From an uncultured Acidobacteriota bacterium (lineage in GTDB: Bacteria > Acidobacteriota > UBA6911), in the NCBI GenBank assembly GCA_963843575.1, contig CAWJKZ010000026.1, positions 32,001 through 96,000 of the forward strand: a stretch of 64,000 bases of DNA, written 5' to 3'. Made by a program: the position numbers and the translations under genes. Position 1 is the first letter of the stretch; each line of letters begins with the position of its first letter. Below are positions 38,996 to 49,207 of this stretch, in pieces. The notes beneath the pieces are model-generated. The model did no database searches, was not told where the DNA came from, and was given only the letters and a program-made list of their open reading frames with translations.

Positions 38996-40663
38996 CTACT
39001 CCTGCACCGCGTCCTTGGACCGGCTCCGTTCCAGGACGTCTTTCAGGGTGATCACCAGATCTGCCTCCGCCTTCTGCGACAACCCGAGGATCTCGCGCAG
39101 CGCGATGCCGATGTGGGGGATGTACTTCTCGATGTAGGAGCGCTTCTTGTCCTCGTCGACCGCCCTGCGGTGGGCGCGGATGTGCGACGCCAGCTTGCGT
39201 CCGCAGTCCTGCAGCGCCAGGCGCAGCTCCCTCATGATCTCCGGGTAGGCGGCGATCGCCTCCTTGCTCTCGGAGGTGAACGGAACCCAGACCGACGCGA
39301 TGTGGACGAATAGCACCAGCGGTCCCTGCGGCAATGCCCCCTTGGACTGGGACAGCCCGTAGCCGCGCCAGTCCACTCCGAGGACCGACTTTCGTGATCG
39401 CGCAGGCCGCCTGCTGGTACTGCAGCGGGACCCGGTTGGCGAAACGGAGCAGGTCGACGAGTTCGTCGGAGGGTAGCTTCCCGCCGTAGGCCATCCCGAT
39501 CTCCACCTGGAACGGATTGCCCCGGTAGACGGAAGGGGCGCGGGTGATGGCGGTGAAGAAGGCGGCGTCGATCTCCTTTTTCAGCCCTGCCATGAGCTGC
39601 TCCTCGCCGATGGGCGAGAGGCAGTTCGTCGGCGGGCTCATGATCTTTACCGCGCTGATCGCCTTGTAGAGCCGCTCCGCTTCGCTCACCGCGATGGCGT
39701 GCGGGTTGGAGTTCGGTTTCAGCTCCGCCGCCGCGCAGATCTCCAGCGCGACGCGGCTGCTGACACGCGAGAAATCGCGCTGCAGCGCCACGCGCGAGCT
39801 GACGGGCGGTGGTCTCCTTCATCATCTTGATCAGGGCCCCGAGCTCGACGCCGTACGGGTGGGGTTTGATCTGCCGCGGTTCGGGCGGGAGGGTGTCGGA
39901 GCCCCGCGGGAAATGCAGGCTCCCCGCGCCGCCCGGGAAAGAGTAGATAAATCTCGCAGTGCGGGTTGGCGATGGCGGTCTGCCGTATGTAGTCGTCGAT
40001 CGAATGCCGCCCTTTCTTGTAGGTGCCGACGAGCTCGATCTCGACCCGCGTGCCGTGCGGCGGCTCCCACTCCACGACGCTGTCGTTCAGCACCTGCGGG
40101 ATGTTCTTCCTCGTGTCGATCTGGATTTCGTAGTAGTGGGCCGGCTTGTCCGGCGCCGGTGCGCGAGGTCACGACGATCGACTTGCCCGTCGTGAGCAGG
40201 CCGTACATCCCGGCGGCCGAGATGCCGATCCCCTGCTGCCCCCGCGCCTGCTTCAGCGTGTGGAATTTCGACCCGTAGAGCAGCTTGCCGAAGATCTTCG
40301 GGATCTGTGCCTTGACGATGCCCGGCCCGTTGTCCTCGACGGCGATGCGGAACCGGTCCTCGGCGAGCTGCCGGATCTCCACCTTCAGGACCGGGAGTAT
40401 GCCGGCCTCCTCGCAGGCGTCGAGCGAGTTGTCCACCGCTTCCTTGATCGCCGTGAGCAGCGCCTTCTGCGGGTTGTCGAATCCGAGCAGGTGGCGGTTC
40501 TTGGTGAAGAACTCCGATACCGAGATCTCGCGCTGACGCGCGCCATGCTTTCGGCCGTTTCGCGGCGCGAGATGCGGGGGGCGTCTCCGGCAGGCGGGGC
40601 TGCCGCCTCCGGAACCCGGGGGGTGTCCCGTTTCTCTGTGGTTTTTTGTGGCGGCGGGTCCAT
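38996..40663 (-). CDS. top6B: DNA topoisomerase VI subunit B (about five frameshifts; start uncertain)
   Basis: [84 protein letters not shown] across shifting frames. Confidence 0.9.
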
Positions 40664-40777
40664 CAGGCTCAGTTGGTGCGGTACATCGTGATCGGCCCTG
40701 CCGGGGAGGGTGGCTGGCTTGATTCTGGGCGGAATACGGATACTCCTCCTTCCACTGCGATGCGGGTTGAACCCCAA

Positions 40778-40806
40778 ATAATAGGGGATCCCCCGAACCA
40801 ATGCAA
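40778..40806 (-). promoter_or_regulatory. Sigma70-type promoter for top6BA
   Basis: TTGCAT-17 bp-TATTAT on the minus strand; AGGAGG downstream at 40750-40745. Confidence 0.5.
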
Positions 40807-40856
40807 TCGAACCCGGGCGCTCAGGCGCAGGTCAGGGTGGAGATCGATCCCTGGAG

Positions 40857-43800
40857 TCAGGGGATCGTGACTACCGGGATGGTGGCGAACACGTCTGCCA
40901 GGTAGTTGTCGTAGCGCAACGCCACACCGGCCACCGGGACACCGGACTCGACCTCGAGGGTGCCTTGGAACTCCGGAAAGGAATCGGGGAACCACTCGGT
41001 GAAGAACTTTGCGACGTGACCGAGCGGGGGCACGAGGATGCTGGCGGAAGCGACGATCTCCCCGGCGGCATTGCGCAGGCGCAGCGCCAGCCTCGTGGCG
41101 CCGGCCGCCGGATTACAGATGGCCAGGCCGGATTCCGTGTAGCCGAGACTCTCCACGTAACTCGTGAAGCGGGGCACTGCCGGGGACGCCGCCACCCCGG
41201 CCTGCGACACGATCCTGCCTCCCGAGACCACCTGAAAGATCGACGAACCTCCGATGGGTACGCCGGAGGTCACCCGGACCCAACCGGTCACGGCACTCGC
41301 CGAGGCGCCGCCTGTCGCGAACGTGAACACCCCGTCCCGGGGGATGGAGACCTCGTGCCTCGTCTTCAAGACGCCCCCGACGCTGATTCCCAGCGGTTCG
41401 CCGCTGTGCGAGAAGAACTCGATGCGCGCTTGCGCCGTGGACGCAGAGGGGTTCATCAGGATGAAGGTGGAACGGTAGCCGCCGCCGTCCGCGATCTGCG
41501 GGAAGTAGAGCTCGGTCGCGGCCTCGTCGGCCAGTACCGGGATGGTGGAAAAAGCGTCCTGCTCCGGGTTGTCGTAGCGCAGTGCCACGGCCCAAAGCGG
41601 CTGGTCGGCATCGAACTCGAGCGACCCTTCGAAGTCCTTCAGATCCGCGGCGAATCTCTGGAAAACGAATTCCGCAATGTGCTGCCTCGCCGCCAGGGTG
41701 AGGCTGCGCGGCGCCCCGAAGGCCGAGCCGTCCGAACGACGGAGTGTCAACCGCACGTTCGCGGGGATCGTCCCGGGGTTTGCGACGGCGTAGCCGGAGA
41801 ATGCGTCCCCGGTGTTGTCGACGTAGATGCGGAAGGATCGAGCCGCTTTCGACGCTCCGACCCCGGCCTCGCTCGAGACCCGATCTCCCGTGATTTTCCT
41901 GAACAGGACGCCCCCTCCGCCCGGGCTGGTCGTAAGCAGACGGGCGTAACCGGTCAGGGTGTTATCCCTCGAGCCGGACCGGAGCCGGGCGGAGCCGAGG
42001 CCAGGGAGCGGAAGGGTAATCGTAGTTCCCGGGCGGCTGAATGTGCTTGCGGAGATCGGCCCACCCGACGAGTCGGCAAGATGCACCTGGGCCGGCGACT
42101 CCGCAGCGGTGGGATTGATGGCTATGATGGAGGACTCGTAGGCGCCACCGATCGCGATCTGTGGGAACACGGCGGCGGAAGCGAGCAGCGATGCCGGAAG
42201 ATACTCGTACGCCCCGATGTCCGGCACGGGCGAGCCGTCCACGTCACCGTCGACGTTGCGAGGGATCCCGTCGCCGTCGCGGACGGGCGCATCCTCCGCC
42301 CGGGGGTCGGCCCGGTCTATCGCTGCCGACCCGGGCTGGAGATGGAAGTCGTCGCCAGCCGGATCGGAAAACCCGGGATTGCCCTGAATGTTGCCGTTTT
42401 GTGCGGCGAAGGTCCCGGTTTCGACGACCGAGTTTTTCACGACGACGGTTCCAGCTGTGCTGTCGACCGCCACATCTCCGCCGGCATTGCCGGAGAGGAT
42501 CGAGTTCGCGACCCGGGCGGACGCCCTGTCGTACACGCCCAGTCCAGCGCCGCCGTTGAGGGCGACGACGCAGTTCACCAGGTTCACCGTGCTGCCGGGA
42601 CCCGTTGCCCGGAGGCCGTACGCGCTTCCCGCGCCCCCGGTGCTGCGATACACGGAAGTGTTGATCAGCGTTGCGGTCCCGGAGGCGACGTGCACGACCG
42701 GCGACCCGCCGCGTATCCTGAGGCCCTCGACGCGCGCGGTCTCGGCCGCGAGCGAGAGGGCGGGCAAGTTGTCGGCAGCGGACCCGTCCAGGACCGGGCT
42801 TTGACCGGCAACGGCCCGGATGGTCAAGTTCTTGCCCGTGATGGACACTGTTTCCCGATAGGTCCCGCTGTCGCGGATCTCGATGGTGTCTCCCGAACGC
42901 GCTGCCGTCACCGCCTCGGCCACGCTGGAGTAACGCGCCCCTCCGGACTTGGCGACGGTGATGGGCTCACGGGCCGCGATCCGCACGTCGAACGATCCGA
43001 ACTTGGCGTAATTCCAGGTCGTGTGACGACGCGCGCGTAGGAAGTGCCTGCCGGAGGAAGGAGCCGTCCATTGAATGCGCGCGCCGGTCGCGGCGTTCGA
43101 CGCATCGGTCGACGCGAGCACCTCCGCGCCGTCGCCGGAGAGGACGTCGACGACCACTGCCCCGCCATTTGCGAGGTTGACAGTCTCGATCAGGTACTCG
43201 GTTCCCGCCGTGGTGTTGAATCCGACATAGTCGACGTCGGCTACGGGATAGAACGTGTGGTGCAGTTCCCCGGCCCCAAAGTTGTAGGTTCCGAGCGACG
43301 GATTCTGAGCGCGCCAGTCGGATGCCGAATCGGTGGCCGGCAGAGTTATCGGGCGCGCCAGAGTCTTGCCCGCCGGTGGGGAGGCGGGATTGACCCCAGG
43401 GAAATCGCGGCCATCCGGTGGGACGTCCTTGGACCGTCCCCAACGCACGAAATCCCTGGTCCTGCCCGTGCCGTCGACGAGGGCGCAGGAACCCTCCTCG
43501 TCGTTGGCCCAGGAGACATTTGTCTCGAAATACAGCGTCGTCGGCGAGTTGACTCCCGAAGTCTCCGAGAGCACGACAAAGGCCCCGGGCGCGAGCCTGA
43601 ACGACGGGATCTCGAACACGGCGGGGTCGTATCCCTTGGCCAATGCCCGCACCGTCCAACCCGAGAGGTCGGCTTCTTCGCTGCCGGCGTTGTAGAGCTC
43701 GACCGCATCCAGGCGGCCCAGGTCGATCTCGCTGATCAGGACCTTGACGCCGCTCTCGAGCGCCGGGATGTGTCCGACGCCGGCCAACGCCGCACCCGCC

Positions 43801-45017
43801 GCCGAGTTATCACTCTCCTGAGGGTCCGGGACGAATTCGATGCCGTTGACCGAGGCGAAGACCGTCTGCATTTCGGAAAGAAACCCGTTGCTCACGGCGG
43901 GGGCAAACCAGCCGTTCCAGAAATCCTCGATGCTCGGGCCCGGGGTGTTTACCGTGGGGAAATAGGTGGCCAGGTCGTTCCAGACTTCCCGGAACGGTCT
44001 TTCCAGTGGGTCGTCGTCCATCCCGGGGGTATCGTCCCGTGTGGCGGCCCCGTCGATCACGTCCCAAAGGGCGGCGGTCACGGCCACCTCGTTGGTGCTC
44101 CCTTTCTTACTAGCGATCGTCACGTTGCCGGTCAGGCTCTCGATTTCGTAGGAGAACGACAGGTTCTCGCCGTCGGTGCTCAGGTAGATATCGGGGCGCG
44201 GATAGCCCTTGAACCTGCGCATGCTCGACCCGAGAAACGTGGCGAGGCCCTCCCCCCACGACAACCGGATGTCCTGCTTGTCGTCACCGATGAAATGCTG
44301 CCCGCCGGGATTATCGGACCTGGAGTACAAATCGTCGAAAAAGTGACCGAGTTCGTGGCTGATGACCGTGTCGTCGTATGCGGCGCGAGCCCCCACGTAG
44401 ATGTGCTTCGGAGAGGAGCTCTCGTAGTAGGAGCCGGACCGGTTCTGGGTCTGGCGCCAGATCATGGTCAACTCGGTGGCAGGGCGGCTGCCTGCGGCCT
44501 CCGCCGACGCAAGAAACTCGATGCCGTCGACGATGACATCCCAGATATTGAACGCCTTGCCGGTATCGTTGCCCGACGAAGCCAGCGTTGTACCCAGTTG
44601 GACGATGCCGGTACCTGGGGAATCGAGCGGGTCCGAGGCGACGGAATAGTAATCGCCGAAACCGAAGTTGTCGTCGGCGACCCGTACGCTCAGCAGCAGC
44701 CCGGAACCAGCCGGCGCGCGGGCAATGCACACGGCCGACACAGGCTGTTTCACGGAACCAGGGACCGTGATCGCGTACTCCCCGCGCGCGTCCGTCGCTC
44801 CCGAGGCAAGCGGGACGCCGTTGGCCATGACCTGGACATCGGCAAAGCGGATGGGGCGGGCGGGGTTGTTGCCGGTGAAACCGTTGATGTCGAATTCCCG
44901 GTCCTCGTAGAGAAACTTGCCCGTGACGGTGTACTGGGCGAAACCCGGCGACGCCACGCAGGTCGAGACGAGGAAGAGGGCAACAGCCAGTTTCAGGGCG
45001 GCCGGACGCATCGTCAT
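40857..45017 (-). CDS. Large secreted multidomain protein: Zn-metalloprotease, lamin-tail-like, PPC-like, beta-helix and repeated C-terminal domains
   Basis: Signal peptide; HELGHF...WGEG; VLISEI..VELYNAG..ADLSGW; DFHLQPGSAAID...DIGAYE; repeats FPQIA.GG.Y and ALRYDN...F.TIPV. Confidence 0.8.
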   Translation of the reverse strand: MTMRPAALKLAVALFLVSTCVASPGFAQYTVTGKFLYEDREFDINGFTGNNPARPIRFADVQVMANGVPLASGATDARGEYAITVPGSVKQPVSAVCIARAPAGSGLLLSVRVADDNFGFGDYYSVASDPLDSPGTGIVQLGTTLASSGNDTGKAFNIWDVIVDGIEFLASAEAAGSRPATELTMIWRQTQNRSGSYYESSSPKHIYVGARAAYDDTVISHELGHFFDDLYSRSDNPGGQHFIGDDKQDIRLSWGEGLATFLGSSMRRFKGYPRPDIYLSTDGENLSFSYEIESLTGNVTIASKKGSTNEVAVTAALWDVIDGAATRDDTPGMDDDPLERPFREVWNDLATYFPTVNTPGPSIEDFWNGWFAPAVSNGFLSEMQTVFASVNGIEFVPDPQESDNSAAGAALAGVGHIPALESGVKVLISEIDLGRLDAVELYNAGSEEADLSGWTVRALAKGYDPAVFEIPSFRLAPGAFVVLSETSGVNSPTTLYFETNVSWANDEEGSCALVDGTGRTRDFVRWGRSKDVPPDGRDFPGVNPASPPAGKTLARPITLPATDSASDWRAQNPSLGTYNFGAGELHHTFYPVADVDYVGFNTTAGTEYLIETVNLANGGAVVVDVLSGDGAEVLASTDASNAATGARIQWTAPSSGRHFLRARRHTTWNYAKFGSFDVRIAAREPITVAKSGGARYSSVAEAVTAARSGDTIEIRDSGTYRETVSITGKNLTIRAVAGQSPVLDGSAADNLPALSLAAETARVEGLRIRGGSPVVHVASGTATLINTSVYRSTGGAGSAYGLRATGPGSTVNLVNCVVALNGGAGLGVYDRASARVANSILSGNAGGDVAVDSTAGTVVVKNSVVETGTFAAQNGNIQGNPGFSDPAGDDFHLQPGSAAIDRADPRAEDAPVRDGDGIPRNVDGDVDGSPVPDIGAYEYLPASLLASAAVFPQIAIGGAYESSIIAINPTAAESPAQVHLADSSGGPISASTFSRPGTTITLPLPGLGSARLRSGSRDNTLTGYARLLTTSPGGGGVLFRKITGDRVSSEAGVGASKAARSFRIYVDNTGDAFSGYAVANPGTIPANVRLTLRRSDGSAFGAPRSLTLAARQHIAEFVFQRFAADLKDFEGSLEFDADQPLWAVALRYDNPEQDAFSTIPVLADEAATELYFPQIADGGGYRSTFILMNPSASTAQARIEFFSHSGEPLGISVGGVLKTRHEVSIPRDGVFTFATGGASASAVTGWVRVTSGVPIGGSSIFQVVSGGRIVSQAGVAASPAVPRFTSYVESLGYTESGLAICNPAAGATRLALRLRNAAGEIVASASILVPPLGHVAKFFTEWFPDSFPEFQGTLEVESGVPVAGVALRYDNYLADVFATIPVVTIP

Positions 45018-45019
45018 CG

Positions 45020-45562
45020 CTACCTCGCCGTCACGCCCCGGTAAACACGGATTCCTGCACCGTCCGGGAGCGTGACGCGGCCTATCATCCCCTGCGGGCG
45101 GTAATCCGGTCCGGCGTTGATCCACCGCACAGCCGTCTGCGCAACCGTTCGCCCGTTTCTGAGCTCCACGACCAACCTTGCCCTGATCTCGTAGGCTTCA
45201 CGATCGGGAATGGTGACCTCCAGCTGCGCGCGGCCCCTACCCTGCCGCAAAAGGACGTCGTGGTCCTGTGCCGCGGCGAGCGAGCGCCTCAGCGGTTCGG
45301 GTACCCGGTACTCGATGCGCGCAGAGCGGACCTGGTCCGGGTCCAGCCCGGACTGCACCTCAACCTGAAGCCGCAGGACACTGCCGGGTTTCGGCTCTGT
45401 CAGCGGCACCAGGTCTACGCGGAGCGGTATGAGCGAATCGCAGGTCGTGCGCGAGGGCACAGGGGGGTGCGGCTGGGCGGCAACCCACACTGCGGCCGCG
45501 GAAATGGCGACGACAATCGTCAACAGCGCCGCCTGTTTCGCGGTGCTAACGGGACCGGGCAT
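45020..45562 (-). CDS. Hypothetical exported/anchored protein upstream of the metalloprotease
   Basis: N-terminal hydrophobic helix, beta-rich body; 2-bp gap to the downstream gene. Confidence 0.6.
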   Translation of the reverse strand: MPGPVSTAKQAALLTIVVAISAAAVWVAAQPHPPVPSRTTCDSLIPLRVDLVPLTEPKPGSVLRLQVEVQSGLDPDQVRSARIEYRVPEPLRRSLAAAQDHDVLLRQGRGRAQLEVTIPDREAYEIRARLVVELRNGRTVAQTAVRWINAGPDYRPQGMIGRVTLPDGAGIRVYRGVTAR

Positions 45563-45828
45563 AGTAACTCCTAAGTCTGCCTGGTTTTAAAGAGGCTCGA
45601 CGTCGATGGGCGGCGAGGCGCCGGCAACAGTTCTGCGCCGCACTTTTTCTGTGGCATTTTCAGAACAAAAGCATATAATGCACTTCCCCTGCTCGGAAAT
45701 CAAAGCATGGAGCAGGGTGGAGACTCGGTTAGTAGGACGCGGTAACCGCAGGATATCCGAACCGGTGCGCACAGCGCGCCTGTACCCGGAGCACCTCCCC
45801 CTTCCGGTCCTGCGGGGATTCTAAAGAA

Positions 45829-45852
45829 AACCGAAACGGTCGTCGTTGCGTC
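45829..45852 (+). promoter_or_regulatory. Putative ECF autoregulatory promoter
   Basis: AAC-N17-CGTC upstream of the ECF sigma gene. Confidence 0.4.
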
Positions 45853-45900
45853 GCCAAGCGCTGCTCATGCGCCGGTAGGCATCCGGCGGTCAGGAACCCG

Positions 45901-46539
45901 ATGCATACACAAGTTCTGCTCGACGAAGCAAACGGCATGACGGGCGCCCAGGACCGGTCTGGCGGAGGTCTGGGCCTTTGCGCATCAGTGATGCCCGTGC
46001 CGGATTTCGAGGCACTGTTTTGCGAGTACCAGCCACTGGTATACAGGGTGGGGCTGAAGTTCCTGGGCAATCCCGAAGATGCCGAAGACGTGACCCAGGA
46101 AGTGTTCACCAAGGTCTGGAGGAGTCTGGAGGCCTTCAACTACAGCTCGTCTCTGAAGACCTGGATTTATCGCATCGCAGTCAACACCTGCATCGATCAC
46201 AGCCGCAAGCCTTGGAAAAAGCTCGGGCTCCGCTCCACGGGCCTGGACGAGACGCTGGAAGAGAGCGACGGCAAGGCGCTCGTCAGCAGCGACGAGTCCG
46301 CCGAGGGTAAGCTGATCGCCAAGGAGAAAGCGGCCCAGATAAGGAAAGCCATTACCCGTCTCAGGCCGCACTTGAAAGCGGTCCTGGTGTTGAAGGACCT
46401 CGAAGAACTGAGCTACGACGAGATCTCCTCGGTGCTCGGTCTGAGCATGGGAACTATCAGTTCCCGCCTGAACAGGGCCCGGAAGGCGCTGATGGGCCTG
46501 TTCGACCCGGCCGCCCAGCCGCTGCTTCAGGAGTTCTGA
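45901..46539 (+). CDS. ECF sigma-70 factor
   Basis: DAEDVTQEVF, KTWIYRIAVN, LSYDEIS, GTISSRLNRAR. Confidence 0.92.
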   Translation: MHTQVLLDEANGMTGAQDRSGGGLGLCASVMPVPDFEALFCEYQPLVYRVGLKFLGNPEDAEDVTQEVFTKVWRSLEAFNYSSSLKTWIYRIAVNTCIDHSRKPWKKLGLRSTGLDETLEESDGKALVSSDESAEGKLIAKEKAAQIRKAITRLRPHLKAVLVLKDLEELSYDEISSVLGLSMGTISSRLNRARKALMGLFDPAAQPLLQEF

Positions 46540-46543
46540 AGGC

Positions 46544-47347
46544 ATGTGGTGCCTACGGGCGCGCAGGTTGATCTCGGCATTCCACGACAAGGAGCTGGAT
46601 CCACCGACGGAGCGGAAGGTATCCGCCCACGTCGCGCGCTGCCCGTCCTGCAGTGGCGAACTGGAACGGGTAAAGATGGGAGCCGAGCTGGCCAGCGTCT
46701 ACGGGCCAGCGGGACTGAGTGCGGCACCGAGAGGTCAACCCCCGTCGCTCTCCGCCGATGCACCCGGGAAAGGTGTTCCTCTAGGGCTCTATTGCACCGC
46801 AGTCGGCGCGGCGCTCCTTCTGGGGGCGGGCATCGTGTATCGCGTCCCGCTTCACGACCTCTGCTGGCGTCTGTTTTCCGGCGGCGGCGATTGCAGGCTC
46901 GACCTCGGAACAGGGGGCGAGCGCAGGGATGCCCTCGACCTGTTCCGTGCCCGTTATTCGGCCCGGTTCCGGGAGTTTCCCTGTCACGGGGTACCGGATC
47001 CCGGGTGGGTGGCATTCGACTATAAGTTCCCGTCCCGGGTGCCGGGACAGATGACCCTGAAAAGTGTCTTGGTGTTCGACCCCGGCTGTTGCGGCGCCGT
47101 GGGCTTGGTCTATGCCGGTGAGCGGCGCAATCTCTGGCTGCTTCAGCAGCCGGCCGACCGTCCGATGACCCTTGCGGGCTTCAACATGGACCGTGGGCTT
47201 GTCTGCAGACACGGCGCAGCCCACGGCACCGTCGGCCGTTACGGTGTCGACACGTGGACCGCAGATGGCCTCCGTTATGTTCTGTTGAGCGACCTGCCGC
47301 ACCAGGAAATCGAGGCTGTGGTGGCCTCGCTGCGGTACGTCCGATGA
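46544..47347 (+). CDS. Zinc-binding anti-sigma factor (zf-HC2) with TM and Cys-rich C-terminal domain
   Basis: HVARCPSC (HxxxCxxC), central TM; follows the ECF gene. Confidence 0.8.
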   Translation: MWCLRARRLISAFHDKELDPPTERKVSAHVARCPSCSGELERVKMGAELASVYGPAGLSAAPRGQPPSLSADAPGKGVPLGLYCTAVGAALLLGAGIVYRVPLHDLCWRLFSGGGDCRLDLGTGGERRDALDLFRARYSARFREFPCHGVPDPGWVAFDYKFPSRVPGQMTLKSVLVFDPGCCGAVGLVYAGERRNLWLLQQPADRPMTLAGFNMDRGLVCRHGAAHGTVGRYGVDTWTADGLRYVLLSDLPHQEIEAVVASLRYVR

Positions 47348-47357
47348 GGGGATCCTG

Positions 47358-47870
47358 ATGGCCACTTGCATTGGTAAGTGCGTTTTTCTGTTTGCGACGA
47401 CCGCCCTGCTGGCTTTGCCGGCGCCGGCCTCGTTGTCCCCTGCGGCTCAAGACCGCACGCTGCCCCGTTTCGAGATCAGGCTCGCCGACGGCAAGCTCAT
47501 GAGATCAAAGGATCTGAACGGGAAGATCGCGATTATCGATTTCTGGGGCACCTGGTGCAAGCCGTGCCTGGTCGAGATCCCTGAATACAACAGCCTGTTT
47601 CGCACCTACCGGGACAAGGGCGTAGTCCTGGTCGCGATCGCCGTGGAATCCGGTACCAACCGCGAGTTGGCGGCTGCGGCGAAGCGCCTGAAAATCGAGT
47701 ACCCGGTTGCCGCCACCGATGCGGCGGGACTGGACGCCTTCGGCCAGATTGCGATTTTCCCCACTACCTGGGTGATCGACCGCAAAGGGAAGCTGGTGAA
47801 GGAATTCGTCGGCGTTTCGGGCACAAAGCACAAGGACCTGCGCAGCACCCTCGACGCGCTCCTGAAATAG
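47358..47870 (+). CDS. TlpA/ResA thiol-disulfide oxidoreductase
   Basis: Signal peptide, IDFWGTWCKPC, PTTWVIDRKG. Confidence 0.88.
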   Translation: MATCIGKCVFLFATTALLALPAPASLSPAAQDRTLPRFEIRLADGKLMRSKDLNGKIAIIDFWGTWCKPCLVEIPEYNSLFRTYRDKGVVLVAIAVESGTNRELAAAAKRLKIEYPVAATDAAGLDAFGQIAIFPTTWVIDRKGKLVKEFVGVSGTKHKDLRSTLDALLK

Positions 47871-47934
47871 ACCCGCGGTCAACGCGCGATTCCTGCAGTG
47901 GCCACGGCAACGCAGGCCGAATGCGCGCCCCCCC

Positions 47935-48627
47935 TCACTCCGGTCGTCTGCTCCAGTGGGAATCGCCTTTTTCGACGAGATCCTCCAAAGAGCGCTGCAG
48001 TTGTGCCTGGCACCTCTCGAGTTCGGGTTCGGAGGCGTCCTTCGGGACAAGAATCGGCGGAGCTGCGATGAAGAGGGCGCGAGTGAAGGGCTTTGGAATC
48101 TGGAAATGGTCCCAGCTCGAGAGCACCCACTTGTGCTCGGCGCTGACACAGAAAGGGCAGATCGGGCACCCCGTCCTGGCCGCCACCCAGACGGCTCCGG
48201 GTTTTGCGACGTAGCGCGGGCCCCGCGGGCCATCGATGGTGATGCCGACGTCGCTGCCGTCGCGCAGCGCCCGAATCATCTCCACCAGCGCCCCGCGGCC
48301 CCCGCGGCTGGATGAACCCCTCGCCGCCACGTATCCGAAACGGCGAATCACCCTGGCGATGTACTCCCCATCCTTGTTCTGGCTCGTCATGACGACGATG
48401 CCGCGATTGCGAAACAAGTACGTGGCGAGGAAGATGCGCCCGTGCCAGAAAGTGAGTATCACCCTCCTGGCCGATTCGTCACCGCCCGAAACGAGGTTTT
48501 CGCGGCCTTGAAACTCCCAGCGCAGGGTGCAGCCGATGGCCCGCATCACCCAGTAGGCGAGCGTGGACACCAACCGGAATTTGATCCTATTGGGCACGCT
48601 CAGAACCGTCGCCAAGGGGTCCCCCAA
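47935..48627 (-). CDS. DUF374 lysophospholipid acyltransferase family protein
   Basis: FWHGR, SQNKDGE, RGSSSRGG, IDGPRGP, WDHFQIPKPF. Confidence 0.85.
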   Translation of the reverse strand: MGDPLATVLSVPNRIKFRLVSTLAYWVMRAIGCTLRWEFQGRENLVSGGDESARRVILTFWHGRIFLATYLFRNRGIVVMTSQNKDGEYIARVIRRFGYVAARGSSSRGGRGALVEMIRALRDGSDVGITIDGPRGPRYVAKPGAVWVAARTGCPICPFCVSAEHKWVLSSWDHFQIPKPFTRALFIAAPPILVPKDASEPELERCQAQLQRSLEDLVEKGDSHWSRRPE

Positions 48628-48727
48628 GTCGGGTGATTCTGAGCGATTTGCCGCGCCAAGTCAACGGAGGTGACATATAGTGTGCTGGTGTTGAACGTGT
48701 GGCTGGCACTGTGTTTGGAGGGACGGG

Positions 48728-49207
48728 ATGGCCGAGTGGCAGTTGAAACCGATCGGGTGTATCCGGAGCCCATACCGCGAGACGGGGGACATCCCAAAGG
48801 GGCTCGGGGCGCAACACACCGCCGAGGGTGTCCTCGAGCTGCTCCCGGAGTACGAACCGGGTCTGCTCGACATCGAAGGGTTTTCGCACCTGTTTATTAT
48901 TTGGGTGTTCGATCGTTCGCAGGGTTATGAACTTGTCGGCGCTTCCCCGACCGACGGCAGGGTGCACGGGGTGTTCTCGACGCGCTCGCCGCGGCGGCCA
49001 AACCCGATCGGTCTTTCCGTGGTCGAACTGTTGGGGCGCGATGGCGCCGCGCTGCGACTGCGCGGGGTGGACATGCTCGACGGTACGCCGGTCATGGACA
49101 TCAAGCCATACACCTCCGGGGTTTCACCCGACAAACTGCGCCGCGGCTGGCTCGAGGAGGCGGAGAAGCGCGCCCAATCCGGTCCCGCTACAGCGCCACC
49201 TCGATGA
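48728..49207 (+). CDS. trmO: tRNA m6t6A37 methyltransferase TrmO (TsaA) family
   Basis: PIGCIRSP, GFSHL, GVFSTRSPRRPNPIGLS, DMLDGTPVMDIKPY. Confidence 0.88.
   Translation: MAEWQLKPIGCIRSPYRETGDIPKGLGAQHTAEGVLELLPEYEPGLLDIEGFSHLFIIWVFDRSQGYELVGASPTDGRVHGVFSTRSPRRPNPIGLSVVELLGRDGAALRLRGVDMLDGTPVMDIKPYTSGVSPDKLRRGWLEEAEKRAQSGPATAPPR

Noticed and set aside
38996-40663. Programmed ribosomal frameshifting in top6B
   Set aside because: Too many shifts, no consistent slippery sites, and the same pattern occurs in unrelated genes
40790-40815. LexA-like GAAC direct repeat upstream of top6B
   Set aside because: Spacing is 10 nt rather than the GAAC-N7-GAAC pattern; likely chance
40965-45044. Long plus-strand ORFs (691 and 666 aa)
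   Set aside because: Antisense shadows of the large protease gene, expected at high GC; no motifs
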